This document shows positions 24,978-38,229 of a DNA stretch of 64,000 nucleotides, in pieces. The stretch spans positions 102,116,001-102,180,000 of the forward strand of contig NC_087436.1 in assembly GCF_036321535.1 (NCBI RefSeq), given 5' to 3'. The translations under genes and the position numbers were made by a program. The notes below the pieces were generated by a model. The model had not been told where the DNA came from. It was given only the letters and a program-made list of their open reading frames with translations, and searched no databases. Numbering within the stretch: the stretch's first letter is position 1; each line of letters begins with the position of its first letter. Source of the DNA: Camelus dromedarius. Its lineage: Eukaryota.

Positions 24978-25372
24978 GTGTTAGCTAGCTTCCAGTATTG
25001 CCCCTGATGATCTTTGCTTCCACAATGAGTTGAAGCTGACCTGTGTGGTCAACATTTTGAAAGTGAGGGTAGGCAACTTTCACCTTGTTCTCTTGGGTTG
25101 CTCTTTCTGGAGGAAGCCAGATGCCACGCAGTGAGGACACTCAAATAGCCCCGTAGAAAGGCGCACAAATGAGGAGGAACTGAGGCTTCCCACCAGCAGC
25201 CAACATAGCCAATAATAACTTGTCAGCGATAAGAAAGAGCCACCCTGGAAAGAAAACTCTCAGCCTCAGGAAAGACTTGATGACTGAGCTCCAGCTCATA
25301 TCTTACTGCAACCTCATCAATGCTCCTGAGTCAGAAGAACCCACTAAACTGCTCCTTAATTTGTCGTTTTAA
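24978..25372 (+). mobile_element. MLT1F-like MaLR LTR
   Basis: ctggaggaagccagatgccac...gaggaggaactgaggcttccc...ctgcaacctcat...ctgagtcagaagaacccactaaactgctcc. Confidence 0.65.
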
Positions 25373-25679
25373 ATTTTTACTTGCTTACCATTCTGTTTGC
25401 AGTTTAGACTATTCACTGGCACTCAGGGTCCTTCTTCCCAAACCTTATCTGATGTTTCTTTAGTTCAATGTCTTTGTGGCAAGCTGTCATAAAAATAGTC
25501 TAGCTTACGAATTTTAAAAGAAAGAACTGAAAATATTGGGAAGTAATGTGTATGTTGAGAAGAAGAAATCAGAATCTGAGTGATTCATATATTGTTCATA
25601 AGGGTGTTTAAAATATTATTTTAATTGCTAGTATAAATGTACATGGTGAGATTATAAAAATAGCTCAGTAGAAAATGAG

Positions 25680-25878
25680 CACTGACAAACATGTTCTATA
25701 AATATTTTAGGCTACAGGGGCCAGGCGGTCTCTGTTTCAACTACTCAACTCTGCCATTGTTGTTTAAAAGCCTACAATATACAAGCAAACAGACATAGTT
25801 ATGTTTCAATAAAACTTTATTTACAAAAACAAGTATTGAACCAGTTTTTCCCTCCAGGCCATAGACTGCATGTCCCGT
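25680..25878 (+). mobile_element. MER58-type hAT-Charlie MITE
   Basis: aaatattttaggct...gtctctgtttcaactactcaactctgccattgt...tttcaataaaactttatttacaaaaaca. Confidence 0.7.
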
Positions 25879-27535
25879 AAATTTTTAAAACTTCATATTT
25901 TCCTGATGCCTCAATATCCCCACAAACTGGCTTTGAGTACACCACCTAGGTCACCAGTACATCAATGTGATGAGCCTAGTCCCTGTCAGAAGCTCCCCTT
26001 CTTGACCTGGCCTTGACTGCAACCTAGTGACATTCAAATGCACCAATGGAATCCTCTTGTGCGCTTTGCTTGTATACTCCACTTTGCCCACCTAAAAAGG
26101 CCGTTGCACATGGGTCCTCACTCTTCTTGGCTCCCCACTTACTTTGTTGAGCCCACTCCTTTGGAATTGCTCCCATATGGGCCTCTATGTGGATTCAGTG
26201 CCTTCCTTTTCAAAGACCTGTTAGTAACAACAAATCTCTCACTTTCATTCACCTCTCCATGGTGTTTACTCCATGTCTGTGCTAGACTAAACACCAAAAA
26301 TGCCATTTTAATTAATGTAATTATTCCTTACAACAAGTTGTAGTTCCCCATTCTAGAATATAGAAAGTTGAAACCGGGAGAGTGACGAGGAGGGTGAGGA
26401 GAGAGATTAAGAAAGAAAAATGTTTTTAAAAGTTTCATCAATCCAAAAGAAGAGGTGAATATTGAAAAACAAAAGCACAAAAAATAGGAATAATAGATAT
26501 TCTAAAGTAAGCTGGTGAAATAATAAGCTATATTTATCAATAAATGAAAATGTACTACACAAAAGACAGATAACTACAAATAGATTGGAGAAAAATAACT
26601 ATTTCTAAGAGGCATTTCTAAAGGAAAATAATAGGAAATGTTTAAAATAAGAGGTTAATGTTATGTAGTTTCAGGGGTGGGAGGTGACTTGTGTAGTGTT
26701 TGCTGTTTCACCAGCATATTCAAGAAGTTCAATGTTTATTTGACATTTGGGCAGGATGCTTTAAGATAGACAGGAAAAGAACATTCAAGAATTAACAAAG
26801 GTTTCAAATGAATGTAGACTTGTTATATTGCAGAACCACAAGAAACCAGTGAGTGGAGAGGAAAAGGAAGAGTGGTGAGAAGTGAGAATGCGGAGGCAGG
26901 TGTAGAAAAAGGGAGTGGGGACAGAGGCAGGGTGCAAGATATAGGTAAAAATTTATTCTTATTTTGGAAAACAACTTTAAGGTAGAGTGAACAATCAGAC
27001 AACTCTGCTAAACTATTCATAGAGCTTAGAAAGTACCCATTATCTGTAAACATCTTCCTTCATTTTTTCAATTATGTTTATAATTCCATTATATGTGTAT
27101 ATATAATAGTAGTAGTGTAATTATTTCCCAGTGCAGATACTCATAGTAGAGGTAATACACTAAGTCCTAAATATTGACACTTTCAAGTTACTTCTTCACC
27201 TTCTACGTTGAGGTTCTAGCTTTTCCGTAAAGATAGAAGAAGGCAACAGTACACTGAATGCCTGGCAATGGGAAGCAGACATGAGAGAGGGAAAGAGCTT
27301 TGGATGGCATAAGAAATCTGCTCTCTGACCATTTTCCTTTATTGGTCCTGATAATCACATTTATACAATGTCCTTTGTAGGAAAAGTGAGATAGCTTTTT
27401 TAAGCAGAGCATACTCACTTGGATTCTTGTCCACAATTCTTTTTAATCAATTGTGCAATACTACATACACCTTAATATGGGGATAAAATACTTGTCTAAC
27501 AATATTTAGATTTGTGTGTTTATGAGTGTGCGGGT

Positions 27536-28331
27536 AAAGCTGCCATCTGGGGCTTCTTGAAGGAAACACACTTGGATGTCAGTGTAGAACTCCTCCTTTT
27601 GGGCCCAGATGGCCTTCTAAGAGGGGCTTCAGGCTCCACCCTGTTAGCTTGTCAGCTTGTCACTGCAGCATCACTGCTGGAGCTGGCTGAACATGACCTG
27701 CGTGGTGAGGTCATAGTATTCGTTGGCATCGTCAATAGATACTGGCAGAATATTTCTTGTCTCCTCATTACCCAGCACAAATGATGTTGAGGGTCATGGG
27801 GAATCCATCATGCCACCTGTACACAACTGGGTATCCAGGAGGTACAGGTCCTGGTCTCTGGGAATGAGGCCCTTTTTTTGGAGACTGGAATAGAAAGATG
27901 CACTCTTCAGAGTAGGGGAACTGGTAACCTGTCACGTCCTGTTTTTCAGCTTCTTGTGAAGCGTTGGTTCTTCCAATCTGTTCTGCACTGCCTCATCCTT
28001 GGTTATCCTTGTACTCATGGTAGGGTTGATGATATACCAGGTACTCATCTGGGCCTCCAGCAAATCTATGGTCATCTTCAACAGGCCTTTCCTCAGGACA
28101 TCACTGATGTGCAGCTGTTGCCCTGTTTCCTTCAGGCACACATCTTTGATGAGCACATGCTGTGCCTTTGTAATAGCCCTTCCTTACACAGAGCACTAGC
28201 CCCATTATAGCTGTGCTGAAGGTCATGACCAATGACCTACTTTCAAACAGCTCAGTGGCTGGCACCAGGGCATGCAGGTCCCCAAAGCAAAACTAGCCAT
28301 TATGCTTGTGCCCCTCAACCATGGTAATGAC
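27536..28331 (-). pseudogene. Degenerate plectin-like fragment (plakin repeat domain and linkers); stops and frameshifts
   Basis: Manual minus-strand translation gives VITMVEGHKHNG*FCFGDLHALVPATELFES, then the ORF-track stretch VCLKETGQQLHISDVLRKGLLKMTIDLLEAQMSTWYIINPTMSTRITKDEAV, then VTGYQFPYSEECI / KGLIPRDQDLYLLDTQLCTGGMMD / NEETRNILPVSIDDANEYYD...SQLQQ*CCSDKLT / KEEFYTDIQ. This is colinear with recalled plectin sequence (LCFEGLRSLVPAAELLES...LLEAQAGTGHIIDP...VTGYRDPY...KGLIPREQGLRLLDAQLSTGGIVDP...QEELYSELQ). Confidence 0.8.
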
Positions 28332-31300
28332 ATACCCAATAAATCTCAGACCAAGGGCCCATTTAACATCATCTTTCCTTAGTAGCTGATGATTAGGGAT
28401 TGTAAAATGCAGACACAAGTAAAATAACAAATACAACAAAAACAAGCACATATTATTTCCCTTTTCTATAAAGAGACAAACACATACAGCCTTTCCTCCT
28501 CTCAGTAAGAGGCATTCAAATCACATCAGTCAGTTTCTTAATGAATTACCTTTGATAAGGATGATGTATTAAAACAATTTAAAAAAAAGACAGTCTTTTT
28601 AGATATGGAAATACTTTGTCATCTTTTATGATGTTGACTTTCTTCAAGCATGAGAGCAAATATATTTTGAAATTGAAAGCCTGTGTAGAAAGACCTGAAA
28701 AAGAGATAGAACAGTAACAACAACCAAAAAATTCATATTTATAATAACATACATCTTTTGTTTAAGTTTTTCAAAAGTAATTAATTTCTCATAATCTCAA
28801 AAGAAACTGAAAGTTTAGTTTTGGCTCTTTTAATTTCATTTTTCTGCAATTGGTGTATTTATAATTTATAGCACAGATTTAATTTTGAAAACAGAACTGA
28901 TGTATGAGGAGTTGATGCAGCAAAAGAAGTAGAATTTCAAACTGAAAATATATATTACAAAGATGGAAAAAATAAAACATTTTACACTTTCAGAGTTTTA
29001 TAGAAAAGCAGAGTCAAATGTATCCTGTTCCATTCTAAGCAAAATGTATTATTGTAGAAGTCTAAGAACTGTTCTTTACAAAACTACAAATGAAGGAGGG
29101 CAGCTAACACAGCGCTACTCAAATGGTAAAGTTGAGGATGGTAAAGGACACATGAATTGGGTTAGTAAAGTTGAGTATAAAATCATGGCTCAGTTATCTA
29201 ACATATAGACCAGATCTTTCTTTTTCTTTTTCTGTTTTTTTTTTTTTTTACATTCAATACATACAATTTATTTGTCAATTATATTTCAATAAAGTACGGG
29301 AAAAAGTCAATGATCTGGATCTTTCATTTTCAAGTGACATCATTCTTCTTTAAATACATGTAAGAAAATGAGGAGAAATAATATGTTATAAATGGAAGTT
29401 CTAGGAAGAGATTTTTTTTTTTTGTATGGCTGATCTGGGAGCTATGGCTTCACCAAGGGTCAGTGCTTTTCTGTTACTTTCTCTCTCTGCGCTATCACTT
29501 CTGTTTCTTTGCTTTAGCTTGATTCTCAAGTTTTGTCTCACTGTTTAGTGCCAAAATGGCTGTTAATTTGCAAGACTCACCTTTAATCAGTTTGTCAAAC
29601 CTAGAATTCAAAGAGTTCCAGGGAATATCTTGGGCTGTCTCTTTGGATCAACCAGTATTACCTGACATTTCCTGAGTTGATAGCTCTGAGCAGAGTGATG
29701 GAACACAGGTTGAGCTTGCCTGGATCTTATTTTGTTCCTAAGAACCACAAGTGTGGAGTTACTTTCACTGTTCCTAGAGGAAGTACTATATATTGGAAAA
29801 TACGTCTTAGTTTTTAGAGAATGTAAGTATACTAATTGCAAACTGGCCTTTCTTTAGCTATATATACAGGCATACATGTGTACACGTGTCAGTGTCATAA
29901 GAGGTCTTCTCAAAGACATTTACACAACTTGAAAAACTTCCTAAAATTATGAGACTTCTAGGGTTCATCAAGTTGTCCATTGGAGAAAATAATAAGGGTG
30001 AGTCAAACTCTGTGCCTGTCCATTTCCACCAACTCCCACTCATGTTTGAAATTGTTAGTATACATACTCCATCGTGATTGCTTTCTAGATAGACTGTCTA
30101 AGCCAGTGGCCTAGCAAAATAACTTTTTAAAGAAAATGAAAAATAAACAGTTCAAGGATACAGCAAAGTAAATATAAAGCAATCTGAAAGGAACTTTTCA
30201 GCAAATAAAGTGTGATAATTCTTCCCTGATCATTTTATTTCACTAATGCTTTTGAAAATTATCTTTTCCCCAAATATTTCCTTTAAAAAAACCTCCTCAT
30301 AATACTTCAACCACTCATATATTCATATGTTACTTCTCAATTGTCTGCTTTCCTTGAGAAAACTAGTAGATGTGTGGATAACGTTGCAAATAGAGAACAG
30401 CAATGCGAAACAGTAGAGATTTTTTTTATCTGCCAAGAAAGAATTTAAATTTTCTTAGCATCCTCTGTCTCTCTATCCAAAATTAATCTCCCTTTCACAC
30501 CTCAAAATGTCAGCACTGTCTGTTTTAAGAGCTGATGCAGCACTTTAAAAAATATTTATTTTGTTGTTTTTTAGTTCTTTCAGTCAGTCCATGAAAAAAG
30601 AATGCATTTAGGCCTTTCAGAGGAAAGCTGCTTATTCTTATATATACTTCCCATTTCTATTCTTCTGGCATTTGATGTGTAATTTAAAATGAAAATAGGC
30701 TAAATTTAAATTTACTCATGTTTAACATCTCTGCCATATTTTTTCTCTTTTTATACAGAATATAGCTTGTTTACTTAGATCAACTTCAATCTCAAGCCTT
30801 CAGATCTTTCCTATATACTTAAAATAGGATAAGACAATGGAGAAAACATGGAAATATCAACAATGAAAACTAAAGACGAGATAGAGTGAGACTGACCTAT
30901 GAAATATTCAGTGAAGTAAAATCCTTTGTTCTAAGCTCATCTGCTAGAATTCATCTCTTCAAACTGTAAGAAAATGAATATTGAAGAAATTTTATTGTAT
31001 AAATCTATAAAAGCTTATATGGTAGTAACAAACTAAAAAATTTAACTAGGTCCAAATGTATTATTCAATATGAAAAACAAAGCAAAACATAAAATACTAA
31101 TGATGTCCAATATAATATTACTTACTTTAACAATAATTTATTGAGAATAATGGAATGCGTTTTTATGCAAGTTAGAGTTAATTAACAGTCTAGGAATTGT
31201 TAGTTAACATTTAAAGTACTTTAATCAAGAATTCACATTCAAGGGTTTTTGGTAAGCATTTGAAATACTCCAATCAGGAATCCATACTCCAAAGGTTATA

Positions 31301-32000
31301 ACAAAGGGCCTAAATATTTCATCCAACTCTGCACCAAAGGTTCAGTAATTAGCATGAGTAATGTAAGATATATTTTTTTGGTAGTGAAATCAATTCACAA
31401 AAGTGATTTACTTAGAAAATCTATAGGATCACTGCTATTCTTATATAAGAGAGTATAAGAACCCATCAGATCCTACAACTTGGAACCTATGGAACTAATG
31501 TCCAGGTCAAGATTTCTGGTTAGCTTTCTATGTACAAAACTCCAGTTGTTAATGAAGAATTCTATTGCCTGATTTCATTATTTGCCTGACTTGTCATCAG
31601 AATATGATTCTTCCTGACCCCGAGTGACCTTCCTTTACAAGACACTTGTCATAATGCCTGAAGAAAGTGAGCTGGAACAGTTTAGCAAAGCAGGTTATAT
31701 GATGGATGTGTGCTTCTTTGCTAGAAATGTTTACCCCTGTATTGATACCCATTTGAAAATTGCTTTCACTTAAATTTATCACCTCGTTATGGGGGATATA
31801 ATCCCATATGTGGCTAAATGATATTTACCCATAGAATTAGACACTTGTTTAAAGGACCTATTTTCTTAGGTCCTCAATAATTTTACTTGCATATTTCAGT
31901 ATTTAAACATGAATTATGTTGCAGGTATAGTAGGTGCTTTGTTTACATCAACTCATTTAGCTTTTTTTTAAAATATGAAATGATGTAGGATGTATTACCA

Positions 32001-32879
32001 TGTGAAAGACAAATTGCACCAGAAAATTTAAGAAATTTATTTTTAGGGAAAACATTCGTTAATGAGGAAAGCTCCAAAGGAAAACAAAAGGACCTTTGGG
32101 TTTTACAGAGTCAGATACAGAAGGAAGTCATCCTGAATTCTTATGACAGGTATGAGAAAGAAAGAAGCTTCTTACATGAGTCACTGAAGAAAAAAAGAGA
32201 TAGATTTATCTCAGAATATGCAGAATACACAGGGTCACTAAGACAGCCTTATTCTCCTTAGCTTGATTACACTTTAGACAGGTTTCTCCTTGATTATAGG
32301 TCCTGATTTTCCCTTCATTAGAGCATTTACTTTAAAAAACTTGCAATTTAAAATTATTTCTTTGCCCCTTTGAAATGTAAATCTTCTCCCAGACTCTTGC
32401 CAGTGTTTTGCCAGAAAAAAGAATCTTCCCAGGAATGTCTTTCTCAAGGACCTGAAAACCTCCTTTTGAAATGTAACCAAATTCATTTCATTCAAATCAA
32501 ATGAAATCAATTTCAAAGAGGTCCCTATCTCTAGATCTTTGTGTTAGTGTAGAAACCTAACTTAGACTAGCACTAATTAGCAAACACAGAAGGCTTAATC
32601 ACATTGACCAACTTCTCCCTAATATCCTCCAGTAATTTTCCACCAGCTCACCCAGCTCCTAAAGTCTCTCCCACCTTTTATTTCAAAAAAGTGTGTTTAA
32701 TCTCTCACCTCTATTGCAATAGTCTTGAAAAAAGTCTTCCTTGCCTTATTAACTCTGTCTGGTTCAGTTGTTCTTTAAGGGCAAGGATGCTTCTTTGGAA
32801 CACAGAAGGATGGGGAATTTCTTAACTGTCCATTTTGCTGTTATCCTGGGGACACAGCTCAGGAAAAGATCAGTTGTCA
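32001..32879 (-). mobile_element. MER110/MER90-like ERV1 LTR, apparently split by the LTR at 32238-32778
   Basis: Revcomp of 32780-32879 (tgacaactgatcttttcctgagct...gttaagaaattccccatccttctgtgttcc) resembles the MER110 5' end. The other end is probably at ~32001 (tgtgaaagacaaattgcaccag). Confidence 0.45.
32238..32778 (+). mobile_element. MER89-like ERV1 LTR
   Basis: ctccttagcttgattacactttagacaggtttc...agagcatttactttaaaaaacttgcaatt...cccaggaatgtctttctcaaggacctg...ctattgcaatagtcttgaaaaaagtcttccttgcc. Confidence 0.6.
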
Positions 32880-35800
32880 AACTTTACAGAGAAGTATGAA
32901 TTAAGAAACAACCTAGACTTTCATAAGGAGAGATTTATTTAAAAGTGCTTAAGTTCAAAACTTCAACAAAGACTCCAGCCACTGCCAGTTAATTCTTACT
33001 TTTGTCTAAAGTCAGATACCTTTCTTTCTGCTCAATGTCCATGCAAAATCTTCAAAATTCTCAAGACACACAACCTTTTTTTTTTTAACCTTTCTTTGAT
33101 GACTGCCTTGCCTTTGCATCATTAAGAACATCAAGACCATCTGATATCATCTCCCGCAATTTCACATCTTTCTTCATCTTTTTGAAACATCTACATTTAC
33201 ATTCTTTCATATCCTTTCCTTTAGGAAATTTCTACATTTCTCCCACCTTAAGAAGTAAAAGATAATTTAAAATAACAACTTCTTCATGCCCCCTCTATCT
33301 CATCCAGTGTATAATCATACATATAATCTCTTTCCATTAAGAATTTCATGAAAGTGAGGGAGGGGGTATAGAGAGAGATGAAAAGAGAACTAACCCCAGG
33401 ACACATAAACATGTAAAAGGTAGAAGAGAAGAGAGACCTAGAAAATCCATCTTGTATAGAATTGGTACTATTTCAATAGGGAACTGAGAAATGCAGGTTT
33501 TAAAAAATAAGAGCAGGAAAGGGGAAATAATAATGACAATAATAATGGCTGTCAGTCATTAAGCGTTCATAGTCAGGGTGTCCAGCAGGCACCAATGTTG
33601 AGTACTGTTAAGTATGTAGTCACACAGGAAGTAACTGGAGGTTAATTAATAATATAATTCATAAAGATCTGCCACACTTTTAAAAACTATAACTGTGGGA
33701 GATAGAAGAAAATAAATAATAGACTGTTCTTCCCTCCCAGAGACTACAAACTATTTGGGAGATAAATCTGTATTTATTACAAAGCAAATACAGAAGCTGA
33801 TATAAGCTTAAATAATTCATTGCTGAATTTCATGAGGGCAGATTTAATTTCTATAGAATATTAAAAAATTAAATATCCAGTAGAGTAGCCACAAATGATT
33901 GCAGCAGGAATGAGAAAAAGATCTTGAAAAATTAGTGTGATTTTAAATTAGTGTGGAGGGAATTCTAAGCAAACGTAAAGTGTGAGCATGAGATTGGAAG
34001 TTGGAATGATCAAAATCCACGATCTTTGTGCTGAGTGGCAGAGTTCCTAGAACTGAAAATTCTGGCTGAAAAGTGGTATGAATAAATATCAATAGTTTGG
34101 GTGGGGCCAGACTGCAAAGATAGCTTAAATTCACATAACTTTGACTCATTATAAAAGTCAGACAAAACTTGAAACTTGTGAACTTGTTTTCAAACAAGCT
34201 AGAACTAACTTACAGTGCCAAGATGTGAGTCAGATTTTCAATAAAATATGGTTGGGAAATAACATATAGAAAGAGTTCAGAACACAATTTTCTTAATTTA
34301 TCACAAGAAAAGGAATACTGGGAAGACTTCTTTATTTATGAAATCAGAGTTGATGCCTTTGTTACTTAGATAAGCACACTATATTTTTTCATAAAATATA
34401 ACTTAATTATAAACGATTTGAAGTTTCAATACACAACAGTAACTGCAAACACCAATATGGAATTGCATTATGTGTTATATAGAAAGTAGTAAGTATTTTT
34501 ACTTTGATATTTCCAACTTATATGAAATAGGAAAACTGGTGACAAAAATATTTTTGAATTTCTTAGGTCATATTTACCTATCCTTATTTTAAAGAAATAC
34601 AGAAGAATGTGTTTGGATTATGTCCAGTCATTTTTATCACTGGGGATACTAATTATAAATAACCAAACATAAAGGCAAGGTATTTGAAAATTTTTATACT
34701 TAAGTTATATTTAAATTTAAATTATGTTTAACATTTTTCAAATACTTAAGAATCATTTCTGTATACTAACCAACCTAACCAGAATTGAATGTGTAAATCT
34801 GGACAAATTAAAATAATATGTTATTTTGTCAAAATTACTACTTTTAACTAAATTCTAAACTAATTATGAGTCTGGCATATTCTGTTACTTCCCATGTAGC
34901 CCACTGCATATTTTCCATACATTGAATGTAGTATATTTTTAAGAGAAAACACTCTTTTTGAGTGATAGTGGGAAGAAGGTATGAAGTGGGAATAAGGACA
35001 GGACTATTATACGTAAATGTTAAGTACCATTTCTGTGTGATAAATTTATGGGATCGATATCAATATAGATAATTTCATTACCATCTAGTGAGTTTTAGAG
35101 AAGCTTTTAAACTGACCAATATGATAAATCCAGCAGGTAGAAGAACTGTATGATACTATAATCTCTACACTATACTCTGTGTAAAAACTACCATATTGAA
35201 AAATTACATATGAAAAAATAATTAGAGCAAAAGATAAGAGTTTATAATTAGTATTTCACATGGACCATTTTCATATGCTTTAATGCAGGTTTATTAGAGC
35301 CACAAATCTAGGCTTAGAAATCATACTGAATTATCTCAGGGTCCACAGGCTGAATCATCATATTTTTTTCATCAAGATAAATATCCTATATTTCATAATT
35401 GCCATGTTTACCTGGTATTTTGTATTTCCTAGCAGAAATTCCTTTTGAAAATCCTACCCATATCCCCTGTACTGCTTATGTTTCCATTAATTCTTTGTCA
35501 ATCAGCGATAAAAAACGTCACCGAAATCCTACAACAGGCGCTCAACAATCTGTTACCTTCAACATTTTTCTCATCTTCAGGTAAAATGTTGATTGTGTTT
35601 CTTATTTATAAGGAAGGAGAAAGAGGTGAGGGAGTTAAAGGGATTTCAGGAGTTAAGACTTGGATCCAACTTAAGACAGGGCATTCTGTGGGTGGATACA
35701 TTTGGGAGTCTAGATAATTAGAAATTGGGAGTAAAGATTTTTTTTTTCCTCTGGAAGTTCATAACAGACAAAAACTTGAAATGGCAGCAGTTATTTATCA

Positions 35801-37027
35801 TCGACTGAGCACACAGGAGAATTTGCACAGTGTCTGAAACTACTATAGCAAACTTTTTTTTTTCAACTTCCTAAAGCTAAATGTTTAAAAACATTTTATA
35901 AATAAAAAGAAGGGGACTACTTTCAACATAATTTCTTCACTCAGCATTTTTTTACATAAAACCATTCAATCTGACATATGTCAAGGGTAATTAGCAGTCT
36001 TCTGCTAACCGAATACCTGCCCTACTTAGCAGGCATTTCTTGTTCCTCATTAACCAAATTATGTTCAGGTCATATATCATATCTCTGACAATAATGCCAC
36101 TTTCATGCTTAATTGGTTAAATAAATGTGTAATTATGGAGCTATGCTGAGATACTACTGTAAATTCTAGTAACCACAGCATTTGCCTGATGTAGATTGGG
36201 ATGCTATTTGATCTACTGTAAGATTTAATAACACTAAAACTTAATGTAGCATTTGTTCAACGTCTAGGAAGATCCCTCCCAGATGTTAATAACACTTTAG
36301 ACAAAATGTTAGAAAACATAGTCAACATTCTGAATATTCTATTAAACGAAGTCATAGTATTTTTATGAGAAATTTTATCTCTGGCATTAAGCACAGAAAA
36401 ATAAATTGATAACTTGTTTCTGAGGGAGGAGATTGAAAACTTGACATATGGTAATTAGTCGAATTTATATCTTGCTGTGGGATATTTACAGTACTGACTA
36501 CGTTCTCAGAATACTTTTGGATCACAACAAATACTGGCTCATAGAAAATCAAGAAAATCGTGTTAGAGGAAGAGGAGAGATATTAATAGTTGTCTTAAAA
36601 TTCTTGCTCTTAACTATTTTTTCCTTCTAATTAGCACTTTTTTAATGAGTGCTAACAAAATGAGATTTTGACATAAGTTACCAAAAAAGTTCTGACACCT
36701 CTAAAAGTAAAATAAATGACACATGGCAAAATGTCGACATGGTAAACATTTGAATATATTAGTTTTTAATATAAAGAGCTTTTTAAATACTAAATATCAA
36801 GTCTGTACTAAATACCAGACTTATCACTAAAGATTAGATTTGGTTGCACTTACCAATTAAAAAAAATGAATACAATAAAAAAGAAAAAGAAGGCTAACAG
36901 TGGCTTGAGGAAGTGGAAAGTGTGTTTCTTATCCATGTGACAGGAGCCTTGAGGTCCAGGCCTGGGACAGATGCTCCACAATTGCCAGGAACATCAACTC
37001 ATTCTCTTTTCTCTTCTGTCATTTTAG

Positions 37028-37270
37028 ATCAAGGACATACAATTTTTTTCTTAAGGGCCCAGGCAGGAAATACTGTAGACTTTGAAGGCCACACCTTCTT
37101 TATCACAACTTTGCTTCTGTCATAAAAAGTAACGTTGCCAGTGTAGCATGAAAGTAGCTTCAGACAATACCTACTAAAATAGGTGTGACCGTACTCCAAT
37201 AAAAGTGTACAGACACAAACAAGTCACGGGCTGAATTTAGCTCATGGTCATAATTACGCCAAGCTCTTTT
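37028..37270 (+). mobile_element. MER58-type hAT MITE
   Basis: tttttttcttaagggcccaggcaggaaatactgtagactttgaaggccaca...gtgtagcatgaaagtagc...ccaataaaa...gggctgaatttagctcatgg. Confidence 0.6.
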
Positions 37271-37474
37271 CTAGAAGGTAGCTTTCATCCCCAAGGTCAA
37301 TTCATGACCCAAGCTGGAGGTCTAGACATAATATCCTAGGTGAAAGCCAAAAGAACCACACATGCTAGAAGCTCAAATGTGTTTCCTTCACGGTAGAATC
37401 AACTCCTTTTAAATCTATTTCAGTGAGGACCTGCACAACATTTTAATTACATCTCTGTTTAATAGATAATCAGA

Positions 37475-38229
37475 CAAGTCTTCATTCTTGGTTCCTGAAA
37501 GTATAACTACTAAATTGTTAGAATCAAGAATTTGGCTGACCTTTGTCCCTGGTTCCTGGGAAGTAACCTCTAAATCCCTGGAGTTCCCCTAGTGATAGAA
37601 GTGTACTTGTTGGTCATCGTGGGTCTCTGGGACCAAACCTGACAGTTTATGCTAAGGAGATGACTCAGAATGGCAGCTGTCCATAACAGAAAGAATAAAT
37701 ACGTGGTTAGAGAGTTGGAGCTTCGAGCCATGTGATATCAGCCTAACCTCCAGGAAGAACAGAGGACTAGAGATTGAATTCAGTCATGTAAACAATGATT
37801 CAATCAAACATGCCTATGTAATGAAACCCTAACAAAAACTCAGGGCAGGGAGCTTGAGTCATCTTCTCTGGTTGATATTACTCTGCATACTGTCACACAT
37901 CGATGTGTCAAAAGGCTATAATACATTTTGAGGACAAGGAAGTTTTACATTTTGGACCTTCCCAGACCACATCCTATGCATCTCTCCCTTTGGCTGGTTC
38001 TAATTTGTATTCTTTTGTTACAATAAATCTAACCATAAGTATATTGCTGAGTTCTGTGAGTTATTTAGCAAGTTATTGAACCTGAGTGTTAGTAAGAACT
38101 CCTGAATTTGCAGTCCTTAATCAGAGTGTCTGGAGTATGAAGTAAGGTGAAGACAGCCTTGTGAGGACTATGCCCTTAACCTGTGAAGACTGGCATGAAT
38201 CCAGGTAGTTAATACCAGAAGCTATTGCA
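37475..38229 (+). mobile_element. MER21/MER77-family LTR
   Basis: gacctttgtccctggttcctgggaagtaacctctaaatccctgg...gtttatgctaaggagatgactcag...tgcctatgtaatgaaacc...ctgagttctgtgagtt...gcccttaacctgtg. Confidence 0.65.

Noticed and set aside
27512..28210. Plus-strand ORFs (90, 110 and 66 aa) as genes
   Set aside because: They are antisense shadows of the minus-strand plectin-like fragment.
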